A stretch of 50,670 bases of DNA. Source: a virus (Duplodnaviria > Caudoviricetes). The notes beneath the pieces were generated by a model. The model did not search any database. It had not been told where the DNA came from and was given only the letters and a program-made list of their open reading frames with translations. The stretch covers positions 1 to 50,670 of the IMG/VR virus record IMGVR_UViG_3300003375_000038, one strand, 5' to 3'. The translations under genes were made by a program, and so were the position numbers. Shown here piece by piece: positions 28,662 to 38,753 of the stretch (the stretch's first letter is position 1; the number at the start of each line of letters is the position of its first letter).

Positions 28662-31495
28662 ATTGTTTTACAAAACATTTCCCTACACTTTCAACCGAAT
28701 TTTCTAATCGGGTTAAAGAAGGTATGTCAGACCATGAACAAAAATTAGTAGGTATTGAATTAGCATTGGAAGAACATAAAAAGTTAAATGATAAACTAAA
28801 TAAATTTAAGAAAGGAATAGGCATTAAAAAATCAGAATATACGGAACCCGAAAACTTCAAAAAAATAAAAGAAATTAACGAAGAATATAATAAAAATATT
28901 AATCAATTAAAAAGTAAACAAGATGCCATTCAAGAGTCAAAAACAGGAGAAATCGGCGTTCGCAACGAAACAGCCATTCGCCAAGAAGTGGGCAGCGGAA
29001 ACTCCGAGTCAAAAGAGCCTACCAACAAAAGTAACGGACAATCCAATAAAGAAAGCAAAGAAAATGGGGCTAGCAAAGAGCCTAACGGGGCAGTAGAAGA
29101 ACCTAAATCAGACAATGATAAAACAAGCATAAAAAATGATATTACTAATCTTCGTAGAAATCAATTTGGTTTAAATGAAGCACCAGAAGTATTAGAAAAA
29201 GAGTTTGGAGAATCATTAAAGCAAGCTAAACAAGATATAGAAAACGGTTATGACCCCGAAAATTTAGTAGAAGAACTTTATAAAAAACCAAGACCATTAA
29301 CAGATGTAGAAAATGCTAAGTTATTGATTTACCAAAATGGGAAAGAAATTGAGTTAGAGAATATAAATAAATCAATAAATGAGTCATCTGAAAAGGATGA
29401 TAAAGCTAATATTCAAGAATTTAAAATAAGAAAGGCTAATATTTTAGATAAACTTCAACGTCTATATGATGTAAATAAATCAGTAGGTACAGAAAATGCA
29501 AGAGGTTTAGCATCAAGAAGAATGATGATTGATAGGAAATATTCATTGTCTAATATGATTTCAGAAAAAAGGGCATCTGCAAATGATGGTAAACCACTTA
29601 CTGAAGAACAAGAAAAGCAAATAGAAGATTTGCATAAAAAAATAAAAGAAACCCAAAAATCTTATGATGATTATATCAAAAAAACAGAAAGCGAAATAAA
29701 AGAATTACAAGAAAAAATACTTAGTAAGCCAATAAAAGATAAAAAAGCAGCATCACAAAAATTAAGAGATTGGGCAGATAATTTTGAAAAAAAGCATAAA
29801 GGCGAAAGTTATGCTACAATAATACCAATTACCCCTAAAATGATTGCCGATGCAGTTAGGTTAATTGCAGACGGTATTGATAAAGGGGAAGATTTATTGA
29901 AATTAGTAAAAAATACTGTTGATTCTTTTAAAAAAGATAATCCAGATATTGATGAAAAAGAATTTACGAAACAATTAAATAAAGAATTGATAGATGCTAA
30001 TTTAGTAACTAAAACTAGCAAAGAAGAACAAGAAGTTAAAAAATATAATGGGTTATTAAAAAATGGTAAAATTGATAATACAGCATTAAAATTAAAAGCT
30101 GATGCAAATAGGGCGCAAAATGAATTTGATATTAGTATAAAACAAGATGAACTTAAAAATAAATCTTTAGCAAGTAAATCGCAAGACACATTTATAAAAT
30201 GGGAAAGAGGATTTAAATTATCTAATCCATTAACTCTTGCAAAATTAATGTCAGCAGGTGGTACTAGGTTATTAACTACGCCATTAGAAGATATAGTAGG
30301 TGGGGCTTATTCATTAGTATTGCCAAAATTAGCTAAAGGTGCTATCGGTGAAGGAGGTGGGTTAAGAATATCAGAAACAGCAAAAGCATATAAAAAAGGG
30401 TTAATTGAAGGGATGAAAGATGCATATATGATAATGAAAAGGGGGAGTATGGGGAAATCTAATTTAGATACAGTATTTGGTAAATTAGGTGAATTACCGC
30501 CAGAAGCTATTGATTTTTTCGGGCAGTTACACAGCGCAACGAAAGCCCCCTTTAAAAGGGCTATTTTTGAAAGACAATTAGAAAAAAGATTGAGAAGAAA
30601 TATTGCAAATGGCGTAGATGTATCAGACCCATTAGTACAAACTTCTGTATTGGTAGATGCTTATAAAGATGCCAATAGAGCAATATTTATGCAAGATAAT
30701 AAAGTAGCTACCGCATATCAAAAAATGGTAGGATATATGGAAAAAAATGATTTAAAAGGGGCAGCTACCGTATCTAAGTTTTTCTTACCATTTGTAAAAG
30801 TGCCTACTAATATAGCAGCAGAAATAGGGGCAAATATATATGGTGTTCCTGTTGGTGCAACTAAATTGATTCATGGTGTAATTACAAAAGGTATGGAAAA
30901 TATACCAAAAGAAGAAAAAGAGCAAATATTTCGTTATTTGAAAAAAGGTTCTTTAGGGGCTGCGGCAATAGCTATTGGGTATTTTAATCCTACTGTATTT
31001 GGGGGGTATTACCAAAATAAAGAAAAAAGAAAAAAAGGCGAAGCAAAAGCGAATAGTGTAAAAATATTTGGTACTAATATACCCGCATATTTAATAGAAG
31101 CACCTATTTTTCAAGCTGCACAAATAGGGGCAACTATAAGAAGGGTAAAAGATAAATTAATAAAAGGTCAGCCAGAGGGTATAGGAGAAGGTATTTGGGC
31201 AGGGGCATCAGGGGCAATACAAAAAATACCATTAGTTGAACAGCCAACAAGAATTAGTTCATTATTTAAAGATAAAAAAGAAAGAGATTATTATTTAGGA
31301 GAATTAGCTAAAAGTTCGGTTGACCCTGCACTTGTTGACTATTTAGCTAAGGCAACAGACCCAGCAGATGAAGGAAGTATATTAGGAAAGGCATTTGACC
31401 CTGAAAATAAAAGAGCAACACCTGAAACAACATTGGAACATATCAAAAGTGGATTACCTTATTTCAGAGAGCAATTACTATTAAAGAAAAAATAA
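28649..31495 (+). CDS. large internal virion (cargo) protein, C-terminal-type module
   Basis: 948 aa; long coiled coils, FFLPFVKVPTNI motif typical of large ejection proteins; only Cys is residue 6. Confidence 0.75.
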   Translation: MPKIDCFTKHFPTLSTEFSNRVKEGMSDHEQKLVGIELALEEHKKLNDKLNKFKKGIGIKKSEYTEPENFKKIKEINEEYNKNINQLKSKQDAIQESKTGEIGVRNETAIRQEVGSGNSESKEPTNKSNGQSNKESKENGASKEPNGAVEEPKSDNDKTSIKNDITNLRRNQFGLNEAPEVLEKEFGESLKQAKQDIENGYDPENLVEELYKKPRPLTDVENAKLLIYQNGKEIELENINKSINESSEKDDKANIQEFKIRKANILDKLQRLYDVNKSVGTENARGLASRRMMIDRKYSLSNMISEKRASANDGKPLTEEQEKQIEDLHKKIKETQKSYDDYIKKTESEIKELQEKILSKPIKDKKAASQKLRDWADNFEKKHKGESYATIIPITPKMIADAVRLIADGIDKGEDLLKLVKNTVDSFKKDNPDIDEKEFTKQLNKELIDANLVTKTSKEEQEVKKYNGLLKNGKIDNTALKLKADANRAQNEFDISIKQDELKNKSLASKSQDTFIKWERGFKLSNPLTLAKLMSAGGTRLLTTPLEDIVGGAYSLVLPKLAKGAIGEGGGLRISETAKAYKKGLIEGMKDAYMIMKRGSMGKSNLDTVFGKLGELPPEAIDFFGQLHSATKAPFKRAIFERQLEKRLRRNIANGVDVSDPLVQTSVLVDAYKDANRAIFMQDNKVATAYQKMVGYMEKNDLKGAATVSKFFLPFVKVPTNIAAEIGANIYGVPVGATKLIHGVITKGMENIPKEEKEQIFRYLKKGSLGAAAIAIGYFNPTVFGGYYQNKEKRKKGEAKANSVKIFGTNIPAYLIEAPIFQAAQIGATIRRVKDKLIKGQPEGIGEGIWAGASGAIQKIPLVEQPTRISSLFKDKKERDYYLGELAKSSVDPALVDYLAKATDPADEGSILGKAFDPENKRATPETTLEHIKSGLPYFREQLLLKKK

Positions 31496-31498
31496 TAT

Positions 31499-31825
31499 AT
31501 GAGTGAAATAGAAGAATTAAAAAAGCAAAACAAAGAACTTTCTGATAAAATACATTCTATTGAAAAAGGTGATTCTAATTTATATTATGCCGTTAAAAAA
31601 AAGATGTCTGAATTTGCTATTTTATTGAATAAAACAAATATGTCAGAAGTCGAAATTGATGATAAGAATAGCAAAACATTTGAAAGAATTACGTCTATAC
31701 TTGAAAAGTGCGAAAAAATAGCAATATCAGCTTCAGCATTAGGGGTTAGGTCAGGGATAGAAGATTATAAAAAAGAAGATGCACCAAAGCCATTTGTAAG
31801 TACAATAGCAGATACTAGAAATTAA
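31499..31825 (+). CDS. putative terminase small subunit
   Basis: Helical 108 aa protein coupled to terL (position only). Confidence 0.5.
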   Translation: MSEIEELKKQNKELSDKIHSIEKGDSNLYYAVKKKMSEFAILLNKTNMSEVEIDDKNSKTFERITSILEKCEKIAISASALGVRSGIEDYKKEDAPKPFVSTIADTRN

Positions 31826-33876
31826 TGCCAATAGAACATATATATGGTGTAAATATTAATATACCTGAACCAAATGGTAAGTATATTGAAAATTGGGGTA
31901 CAGATAACCCAAGTGAACAATACTGGAGAAGATTACCATTACCTTCTTTTTTCGATTTAGTAGAATATAATAAAGATGGGGATGTATTACTTACTAAGCA
32001 ACAAGAAGAATACGCAAGAGAAGAAGTAAGAAGATGTAAAGAAGGTTTTTTCTTTATGTCAAATGGTAAAATAATTCACTTAACAGGTAAGTATTATTTT
32101 TATTTAAAATTTTGGAAATTAGAAGATGATATTTACCCTGATTATAGAGATTTAGATAGAAGATATTTTGAGTATTTAAATTATTGGGAAAATATACCTT
32201 GGTGTCTAGGCATAATAATCGGTAAGAAAAGAAGACAGGGCGCAACGTCAATGGCTACTTCTAATATAGTTTATGAATGTATATTTTTTAAAAATAGTTT
32301 TTGCGGATTAACAAGTAAAACGCAAGTAGATGCTAAAGCAGCATTTACAAATATGATTGCGTTTGGTTACAGACAATTACCAGTATTTTTAAAACCCAAA
32401 CAATTAAACAATAAAGATAGCGTTAGTGAATTAGTATTTGCACATAAAACAGTAGAAGTAAAAAGTGGTAAGGGTAGTGTAATAGATACCGATTCGGGTC
32501 ATAGGTCAAAAGTGGATTATCGTGCGCCATCTTTAAATAGTTACGACTCCGGGAGATTGTCGAGAGGGTTATTTGATGAAGGTGGTAAATGGGCGAAAGA
32601 AGTACCATTCTCTACATTTTTAACTATTGTAAGTAAAACATTAGTTAAGGGTGCAAAAAGAGTTGGGTTTATAGAATGTCCTAGTACTTCAAACAGTATG
32701 ACAAATGGGGGAAGCGAATTTAAATTAGTTTGGGATAATTCAGACCATACTAAATATGAAAAAACGCCAAACAGATTAGTAAAATATTTTACACCCGCAT
32801 ACGATGGGTATTTAGGTTTTATTGATAAATATGGTATGTCTGTTATAGATGAACCAAATGAAGAACAATATAAATGGTTAGTAGATAATTTTGTAGGGGT
32901 TGGAGATTTAACTGAAGAAGATATAAGATTAGGTGCTAAACAGTATCTGTTAAATAAAAGAAAGCAATTAGATGGTTCTGCATTAGAAGAAGAAATAAGG
33001 ATGAATCCATTTGATGAAAGGGAAATGTTCATGCTTAGAAATAATAATTGCCATTTTGATGCAGTATTATTGAACGATTTATATGATTTAGCAAAAGTAA
33101 ACGAAAGTTCAGTAATTGAATATGGTAATTATGTTTGGAAAGATGGGATAGAATTTACTGAATCAATTTGGGAACCTTGCAGTAAAGAACATGCAAGATG
33201 GCATAGACCAAGAAAATTTAAAGTGCCTGAAGGGGAAACCTATTATAAAATAGGTAGTTTATTTTACCCAAATAATAGTATTCAATTTATATCAGGTGGT
33301 GACCCTTTTCAAAATTCAATTACAGAAAGCGGGGAAGGTTCAAAAGCTAGTAGCGGAGTATTAAATAGGTATGACCCGGAATCACCCGACCAAGTATATA
33401 ACAGAATGTTTGTTTCAAAATACCATGCAAGACCAAAGATGGTAGAATTATACCACATGGATATGGCATTACAATGTTTTCATTTTGGGTGTCAGATTTT
33501 ATTTGAAGCAAAAATGGATGGCGGGATAAGAGATTTTTTTATTGATAATTATTTAGAACCGTTTTTAATAAGAATAGGAGATAAATCTACTTATGGTATA
33601 GACCCCAACGCAGATAATAAAGTATTATTAGTAAACGCATGGAATACTTATATATTAAAAGAAGGGAAAGAAGGTAAGTTAATATACCCCGATGTAATAG
33701 ATGATAAATACGATGGGTTACTTAAATTTGATATAAATTATACAGAAGTAAGTGACCAAGTTATGGGGTTGGGTTGGACTTTGGTTGCAGATTATTATAA
33801 GCGGGCTAATTTCAAAAAGAATGTAGAAGTATTTGGTATTAATGATTATTTCCCTAAAAGAAGCGCAGCTAGTTAA
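31825..33876 (+). CDS. terL: terminase large subunit
   Basis: KKRRQGATS (Walker A), LFDEGGKW (Walker B), STSN, YFTPAY, SGGDPF nuclease Asp. Confidence 0.93.
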   Translation: MPIEHIYGVNINIPEPNGKYIENWGTDNPSEQYWRRLPLPSFFDLVEYNKDGDVLLTKQQEEYAREEVRRCKEGFFFMSNGKIIHLTGKYYFYLKFWKLEDDIYPDYRDLDRRYFEYLNYWENIPWCLGIIIGKKRRQGATSMATSNIVYECIFFKNSFCGLTSKTQVDAKAAFTNMIAFGYRQLPVFLKPKQLNNKDSVSELVFAHKTVEVKSGKGSVIDTDSGHRSKVDYRAPSLNSYDSGRLSRGLFDEGGKWAKEVPFSTFLTIVSKTLVKGAKRVGFIECPSTSNSMTNGGSEFKLVWDNSDHTKYEKTPNRLVKYFTPAYDGYLGFIDKYGMSVIDEPNEEQYKWLVDNFVGVGDLTEEDIRLGAKQYLLNKRKQLDGSALEEEIRMNPFDEREMFMLRNNNCHFDAVLLNDLYDLAKVNESSVIEYGNYVWKDGIEFTESIWEPCSKEHARWHRPRKFKVPEGETYYKIGSLFYPNNSIQFISGGDPFQNSITESGEGSKASSGVLNRYDPESPDQVYNRMFVSKYHARPKMVELYHMDMALQCFHFGCQILFEAKMDGGIRDFFIDNYLEPFLIRIGDKSTYGIDPNADNKVLLVNAWNTYILKEGKEGKLIYPDVIDDKYDGLLKFDINYTEVSDQVMGLGWTLVADYYKRANFKKNVEVFGINDYFPKRSAAS

Positions 33877-33877
33877 T

Positions 33878-34507
33878 ATGTGGAAGAAATTTTTTAGTCA
33901 GATATATTTATTAAATCTTGAAAAAAGAGTAGATAGGCTATTGAAATGTTGTGAAATATTTGAACAATACGATATACCTTATAAAAGAATATCTGCAATA
34001 GAAAAGGAAAATGGTGCTGAAGGATTAAGAGATACAATGATGATAGTTTTTGAAGATGCAATAAAAAATAATTACCAAAACATATTAGTATTTGAAGATG
34101 ATGTTAAGTTTGTCGAATCAGTAGAATTATTTAATGAAACAATGAATAAAGTAATTGAGCAAATACCTAGTAATTACCATACTTGTTTTTTAGGATGCCA
34201 AGCTACTGCGGGATTCCCTAATTGGTATTCAACGAATTTACTTCCACTTAATAAAGGATTTGCAACCCATTCAGTAATGTATAGCTTACAAGGTATTAAT
34301 GAAATAATGGTAAGGGGTATGGGTTACCCAATAGATAACTGGATGGTAGATGAAATACAAACATTGGGTCATTCATATTGCGTATTCCCGTTGTTATGTA
34401 CACAATATGAAGGGGATAGTGATATAGGTAAAACATGGATAAATTGGGATGTGTTTATAACACAAAGGTATAATCAAAAAATAAATGAATTAAGATGCCG
34501 GAATTAA
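33878..34507 (+). CDS. glycosyltransferase family 25
   Basis: IYLLNLEKRVDR, RISAI, ILVFEDDV, PID; ATG 33878 follows the terL stop. Confidence 0.85.
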   Translation: MWKKFFSQIYLLNLEKRVDRLLKCCEIFEQYDIPYKRISAIEKENGAEGLRDTMMIVFEDAIKNNYQNILVFEDDVKFVESVELFNETMNKVIEQIPSNYHTCFLGCQATAGFPNWYSTNLLPLNKGFATHSVMYSLQGINEIMVRGMGYPIDNWMVDEIQTLGHSYCVFPLLCTQYEGDSDIGKTWINWDVFITQRYNQKINELRCRN

Positions 34508-35214
34508 GAAAAATATCACTTTGTATAACTACATGGAATAGGGTAGAAATGACAGTACATTCATTTTTAGACGTTATCAATGATGAACGGATTTCAGAAA
34601 TAGTAATATCAGATGATGCAAGCGATATGGAAGTTTTTAAAGAACTGAAAAGCATAACAGATATATTCCCAAAAATAAAACTACATAGAAACTTAACAAA
34701 CCAAGATTGTTATAGAAATAAATATACCACTATCATTTTAGCCAAAGAAGATTATTGCATAATATTAGATAGTGATAATAAAATTGATAAAAAATATATT
34801 GATAAAATATACGAACAAGAATGGGATGAAGAAACACTATTAGCCCCTAGTTGGGCTATGCCTAATTTCGATTATAGGGAGTATTCAGGAGTTATTTTGG
34901 ATAAGGGTAATATAAACCATTACTTACCTTTAAATATGCTAGAAACGTGCCTAAATACAATGAATTACTTTGTGAACAAAAATAAGTATTTGGAAGTATG
35001 GGATGGATCAATAGACCCCGTTACAAGTGATAGCCTATTTCAAAACTATAATTGGATTAAAAATGGTTATAAAATACATATTTTAGAAGGTTTATGGTAC
35101 AGCCATTTAGTCCATTCAGGAAGCCATTACCAAAATAATGTAGTAAGGACAGGTGATTTTCACCAAAAATTACTTCAAAAAATTAGGGATTTAGATAAGG
35201 AAATGCTAATTTAG
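34495..35214 (+). CDS. glycosyltransferase family 2 (GT-A)
   Basis: ISLCITTWNR, IVISDDAS, ILDSDN (DxD). Confidence 0.85.
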   Translation: MPELRKISLCITTWNRVEMTVHSFLDVINDERISEIVISDDASDMEVFKELKSITDIFPKIKLHRNLTNQDCYRNKYTTIILAKEDYCIILDSDNKIDKKYIDKIYEQEWDEETLLAPSWAMPNFDYREYSGVILDKGNINHYLPLNMLETCLNTMNYFVNKNKYLEVWDGSIDPVTSDSLFQNYNWIKNGYKIHILEGLWYSHLVHSGSHYQNNVVRTGDFHQKLLQKIRDLDKEMLI

Positions 35215-35217
35215 CAT
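35203..35217 (+). promoter_or_regulatory. palindrome ATGCTAA-T-TTAGCAT overlapping a -7-like box TAATTTAG
   Basis: Perfect 7-bp inverted repeat 15 nt upstream of the GT11 start. Confidence 0.3.
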
Positions 35218-35232
35218 CATTTAAACCTATTT

Positions 35233-35973
35233 ATGGTTGAATTTACCCCTGCGGGGAGAATGGGTAACTATTTATTCGAGTTGAGTACGGTAATTAGTTA
35301 CGCATTAGAACATAATTTAGATTTTACTGCACCCAATAGGACTGATAACCCTAAATGGAATCCAATTTACTGCCCCCACTTAATAAATAAAGCATATAAC
35401 CCATACCTAGAAAAAATACATATTTGGGAAAATAAACACAGCTATGAGCCATTACCATTTGATGAATCATGGAGAGATAAAAACATTTGTATTGAAGGGT
35501 ATAGGCAAAGTGCAAAATACTTCGATAAACATAGGTCAGAATTATTGTATTTATTAGACTTCCCATACGGTAAAAAGGAAGGGTATGTAAGCATCCACGT
35601 TAGAAGGGGAGATTATGTAACATTGAGAGAGAAACACCCCGAAGTATCAATAGATTGGTATTATAGGGCAATGGCAGAATTTGAAGGTTTTACTTTTAAA
35701 TTTTTTAGTGATGAAATTTCATGGTGCATGGCAAACTTTAGTCATTTACCCAATGTTGAATTTTCAAGCAACCCGGATGAAGAAACCGATTTAGTTGAAA
35801 TGTCTTGCTGCGAACACCAAATTTGTAGTGCCAGTACTTTTTCATGGTGGGCTGCATATCTAAATAGAAATAACGATAAGAAAGTTATATTTCCTGAATT
35901 ATGGTTTACGCCTAATTGGATGGGATTGGACACAAGCGATATTATTCCCAATTATTCCCAAAAATTAAAATAA
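35233..35973 (+). CDS. glycosyltransferase family 11 (alpha-1,2-fucosyltransferase-like)
   Basis: GRMGN, GYRQS.KYF, SIHVRRGDY, FFSD, STFSWWAAYL. Confidence 0.92.
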   Translation: MVEFTPAGRMGNYLFELSTVISYALEHNLDFTAPNRTDNPKWNPIYCPHLINKAYNPYLEKIHIWENKHSYEPLPFDESWRDKNICIEGYRQSAKYFDKHRSELLYLLDFPYGKKEGYVSIHVRRGDYVTLREKHPEVSIDWYYRAMAEFEGFTFKFFSDEISWCMANFSHLPNVEFSSNPDEETDLVEMSCCEHQICSASTFSWWAAYLNRNNDKKVIFPELWFTPNWMGLDTSDIIPNYSQKLK

Positions 35974-37185
35974 ATGTCAATAGGAGTAAAAGAAAATAAA
36001 TCAGTAACGGGGGTACTTACATTTTTAGGTGATAACCCTACTGTAATAGATGTAGGTTCTAATAAAGGTCAATGGGCTGATATTATCTTAAATAGATTTG
36101 GTGATAATTGCAATATACATTTATTAGAGCCAAACGAAATGTTACTTAATTATACCCGTATAAAGTATGAATACAATAAAAATATTAATTATTGTTCATT
36201 AGCCGCATATAAAGAAATAACAGATTTACAATTTTACTTTTTTGAGAATTATAATAACGAATTATCTTCAATATATAGGGGGAATGATTGGGAAGATTTA
36301 CCCATAAAAGAAAAGACAGTAAAAACAACGACAATAGAAAAATACTCTAATTCAAACAATTTACAGTATATAAATTACTTAAAAATTGATACAGAAGGTG
36401 CAGATGTTGATGTTTTATTGGGTTGTAAAGAATTAATGATTGATAATAAAATAGGCATTATCCAACTTGAATACGGAAGTCATTATATAAGAGCAAACCA
36501 TAAATTCGATGAAATAATTTCAATAGCAGAAGAAACAAATTACGATATATATTATTGGGATGGTAATAATTATATAAAAGTATCAAGAGAATCATTTGTA
36601 GAAGATTTTAGAGCCGAAGATTTCTTTTTGACTAGGTTTAATATAGCCAACTATTCAGTAGGGTGGAATAACCAATTTATACTTAATACAGCATTGCTAG
36701 GTAAATTTGATTTAGTACTTGAATTAGGAACTTTTGAAGGACTTAATGTAAAATATATTTGCGAAAATTTATTAAATGATGGAGGCAGAGTAATAGTAAT
36801 TGACCCATTGGAAAATTATTATACAAAAGAAGATACCGAACATACTGAAATATTTAAAGACCAGTACCAAAGATTTCTTAGAAATACATACGGTTTACCG
36901 ATAGAATTAAAAAAAAATGAAAGTGATATTGTATTGCCAAAATTACATGAATTAAGATTTGGATTAATTTATATTGATGGTAGCCATACTGAAGAACAAG
37001 TATATAAAGATGGTTGTAATTGTTTTAAAATATGCAAAAACGGTGGTAAAATAATATTCGATGATTATACATGGAGAGAAGAAACAAAAAGGGGTATTGA
37101 TAGATTTTTATTAGAACACCAACGATATATAACAATAATTTCAAAAGATTATCAAGTAGTAATAGAAAAAATAATAGACAAATGA
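35974..37185 (+). CDS. FkbM methyltransferase fused to a second class I SAM methyltransferase (Methyltransf_24-like)
   Basis: IDVGSNKG...LKIDTEG; then LELGTFEG...IYIDGSH...GGKIIFDDY. Confidence 0.88.
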   Translation: MSIGVKENKSVTGVLTFLGDNPTVIDVGSNKGQWADIILNRFGDNCNIHLLEPNEMLLNYTRIKYEYNKNINYCSLAAYKEITDLQFYFFENYNNELSSIYRGNDWEDLPIKEKTVKTTTIEKYSNSNNLQYINYLKIDTEGADVDVLLGCKELMIDNKIGIIQLEYGSHYIRANHKFDEIISIAEETNYDIYYWDGNNYIKVSRESFVEDFRAEDFFLTRFNIANYSVGWNNQFILNTALLGKFDLVLELGTFEGLNVKYICENLLNDGGRVIVIDPLENYYTKEDTEHTEIFKDQYQRFLRNTYGLPIELKKNESDIVLPKLHELRFGLIYIDGSHTEEQVYKDGCNCFKICKNGGKIIFDDYTWREETKRGIDRFLLEHQRYITIISKDYQVVIEKIIDK

Positions 37186-38186
37186 AAACAGTATTAGTAA
37201 CAGGTAGTTCAGGGTTTATAGGCGGTCATTTAGTAAAATACTTAAAAAATAATGGGTGCTATGTAATTGGGGTAGATATTGAATCACCAAAATATGAAAA
37301 GCCGGATAAATTTCATAAACTTGATTTAAGGGTACAATCTGCAACAAAATATATATTTAGTGATGCAGTAGCACAAGGGAAGCCAATAGAAGAAGTTTAT
37401 AACCTTGCTTGCTTGATGGGCGGGATGGGCTTTATTGGGGATGAATCACATAGCTATGATGTAATGATAGGTAGTACACAAATAGTATCTAATATTATAG
37501 AATGTAGCGTATTTTATAAAGTAAAAAAATCATTTTACAGTAGTTCTGCTTGTGTTTATAATATGTATAAGCAAGAAAATACGGATAATGTTTCATTAAG
37601 AGAATCAGACAGTTACCCCGCAATGCCAGACCTTATTTATGGGTGGCAAAAACTACAATCTGAAATAATGTATGAAGCAGCATATAAGCAATACGGATTA
37701 AATATAAGAATAGCAAGATTTCACAATATATTTGGTATCGAAGGTACATGGGATGGCGGGAAAGAAAAATATCCGGCTGCAATAAGCAGAAAGGTAGCAA
37801 TGGCAAAAGATGGCGACACTATTTCTATTTGGGGCGATGGATTGCAAACAAGGTCATTTTTATATATAGATACTTGTATTGAAGCAATAATGAGATTGAT
37901 GGAAAGTGATTACATATACCCATTAAATATAGGTAGTGATGAATTAGTAAGTGTAAATGAAGTAGCAGAAATGGTAATAGGTATTTCGGGTAAGAAATTA
38001 AATATTGAACATGATTTAACTAAGCCACAAGGAGTAAGAGGAAGAAATAGCAATAACGAATTAATACAAGAAGTTTTAGGATGGAAGCCAGATACTAAGT
38101 TTATAGACGGTATTAATAAAACATATCATTGGATTAATGAACAGATTTTAAATAATCAAATTAAACAAGATTTAAATGGGTTGTAA
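37182..38186 (+). CDS. GDP-mannose 3',5'-epimerase-like extended SDR
   Basis: GSSGFIG, NLACLMGGMGFI, SSACVY, YGWQK, RFHNIFG..GTWDGGKEK.PAA, WGDGLQTRSF, GVRGRNS. Confidence 0.88.
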   Translation: MKTVLVTGSSGFIGGHLVKYLKNNGCYVIGVDIESPKYEKPDKFHKLDLRVQSATKYIFSDAVAQGKPIEEVYNLACLMGGMGFIGDESHSYDVMIGSTQIVSNIIECSVFYKVKKSFYSSSACVYNMYKQENTDNVSLRESDSYPAMPDLIYGWQKLQSEIMYEAAYKQYGLNIRIARFHNIFGIEGTWDGGKEKYPAAISRKVAMAKDGDTISIWGDGLQTRSFLYIDTCIEAIMRLMESDYIYPLNIGSDELVSVNEVAEMVIGISGKKLNIEHDLTKPQGVRGRNSNNELIQEVLGWKPDTKFIDGINKTYHWINEQILNNQIKQDLNGL

Positions 38187-38751
38187 TAAAGTATATATTG
38201 ATGGTGGGGCAAATTCAATGGGGGCTTACAAAATATTAAAACCTTTATTATTTATTGATGATTCATGGATAAAAATATTTATAGAACCAAACCCTGAATG
38301 TCATCCTTATATTGAAAATGAAATAAACGGACTACCTAATTGTATTTTAATAAAAGCTGCACTAACTACACAAAATAAAGAATATACCCTAATTACTAGG
38401 GATGATATGGCAGGTGATTCAGCCGCAACTATAATGGGTAAAGATTTTATAAATTTAAGTATAGGTGAATCAAATCAAGCCGTACCATCTTATTTACAAT
38501 ATAACATACAAGGGATAACCTTTGATGAAATAATCAATAAATATTGCCCAGAAGCAGATGAACTTTATATAAAATTAGATATAGAAGGTGCAGAATTTGA
38601 AGTATTGGAAGAATTAAATAAAAATTACTTCCCATTAATAAAAAAACTTTTCGTAGAGTTTCATGCACATAATGACTATATGAGAGAAAGAAGAATCCAT
38701 ATAAAAGATTATTATTTAAGAAACAATATTGAAATACTTAATTGGGATTAG
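38176..38751 (+). CDS. FkbM family methyltransferase
   Basis: YIDGGAN, EPNP, IKLDIEGAEF, VEFH. Confidence 0.85.
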   Translation: MGCNKVYIDGGANSMGAYKILKPLLFIDDSWIKIFIEPNPECHPYIENEINGLPNCILIKAALTTQNKEYTLITRDDMAGDSAATIMGKDFINLSIGESNQAVPSYLQYNIQGITFDEIINKYCPEADELYIKLDIEGAEFEVLEELNKNYFPLIKKLFVEFHAHNDYMRERRIHIKDYYLRNNIEILNWD

Positions 38752-38753
38752 TT

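Noticed and set aside
24000-28750. Split intein or self-splicing intron joining the two cargo genes
   Set aside because: No intein blocks (no N-terminal C/S with HINT motifs, no terminal HN). The intervening DNA is fully coding, with no RT, homing nuclease or recombinase.
18949-31495. Virion RNA polymerase among the cargo proteins
   Set aside because: No DxDxD/DFDID catalytic motif found (DFDQ in the 547-aa protein is incomplete), and the proteins are smaller than expected.
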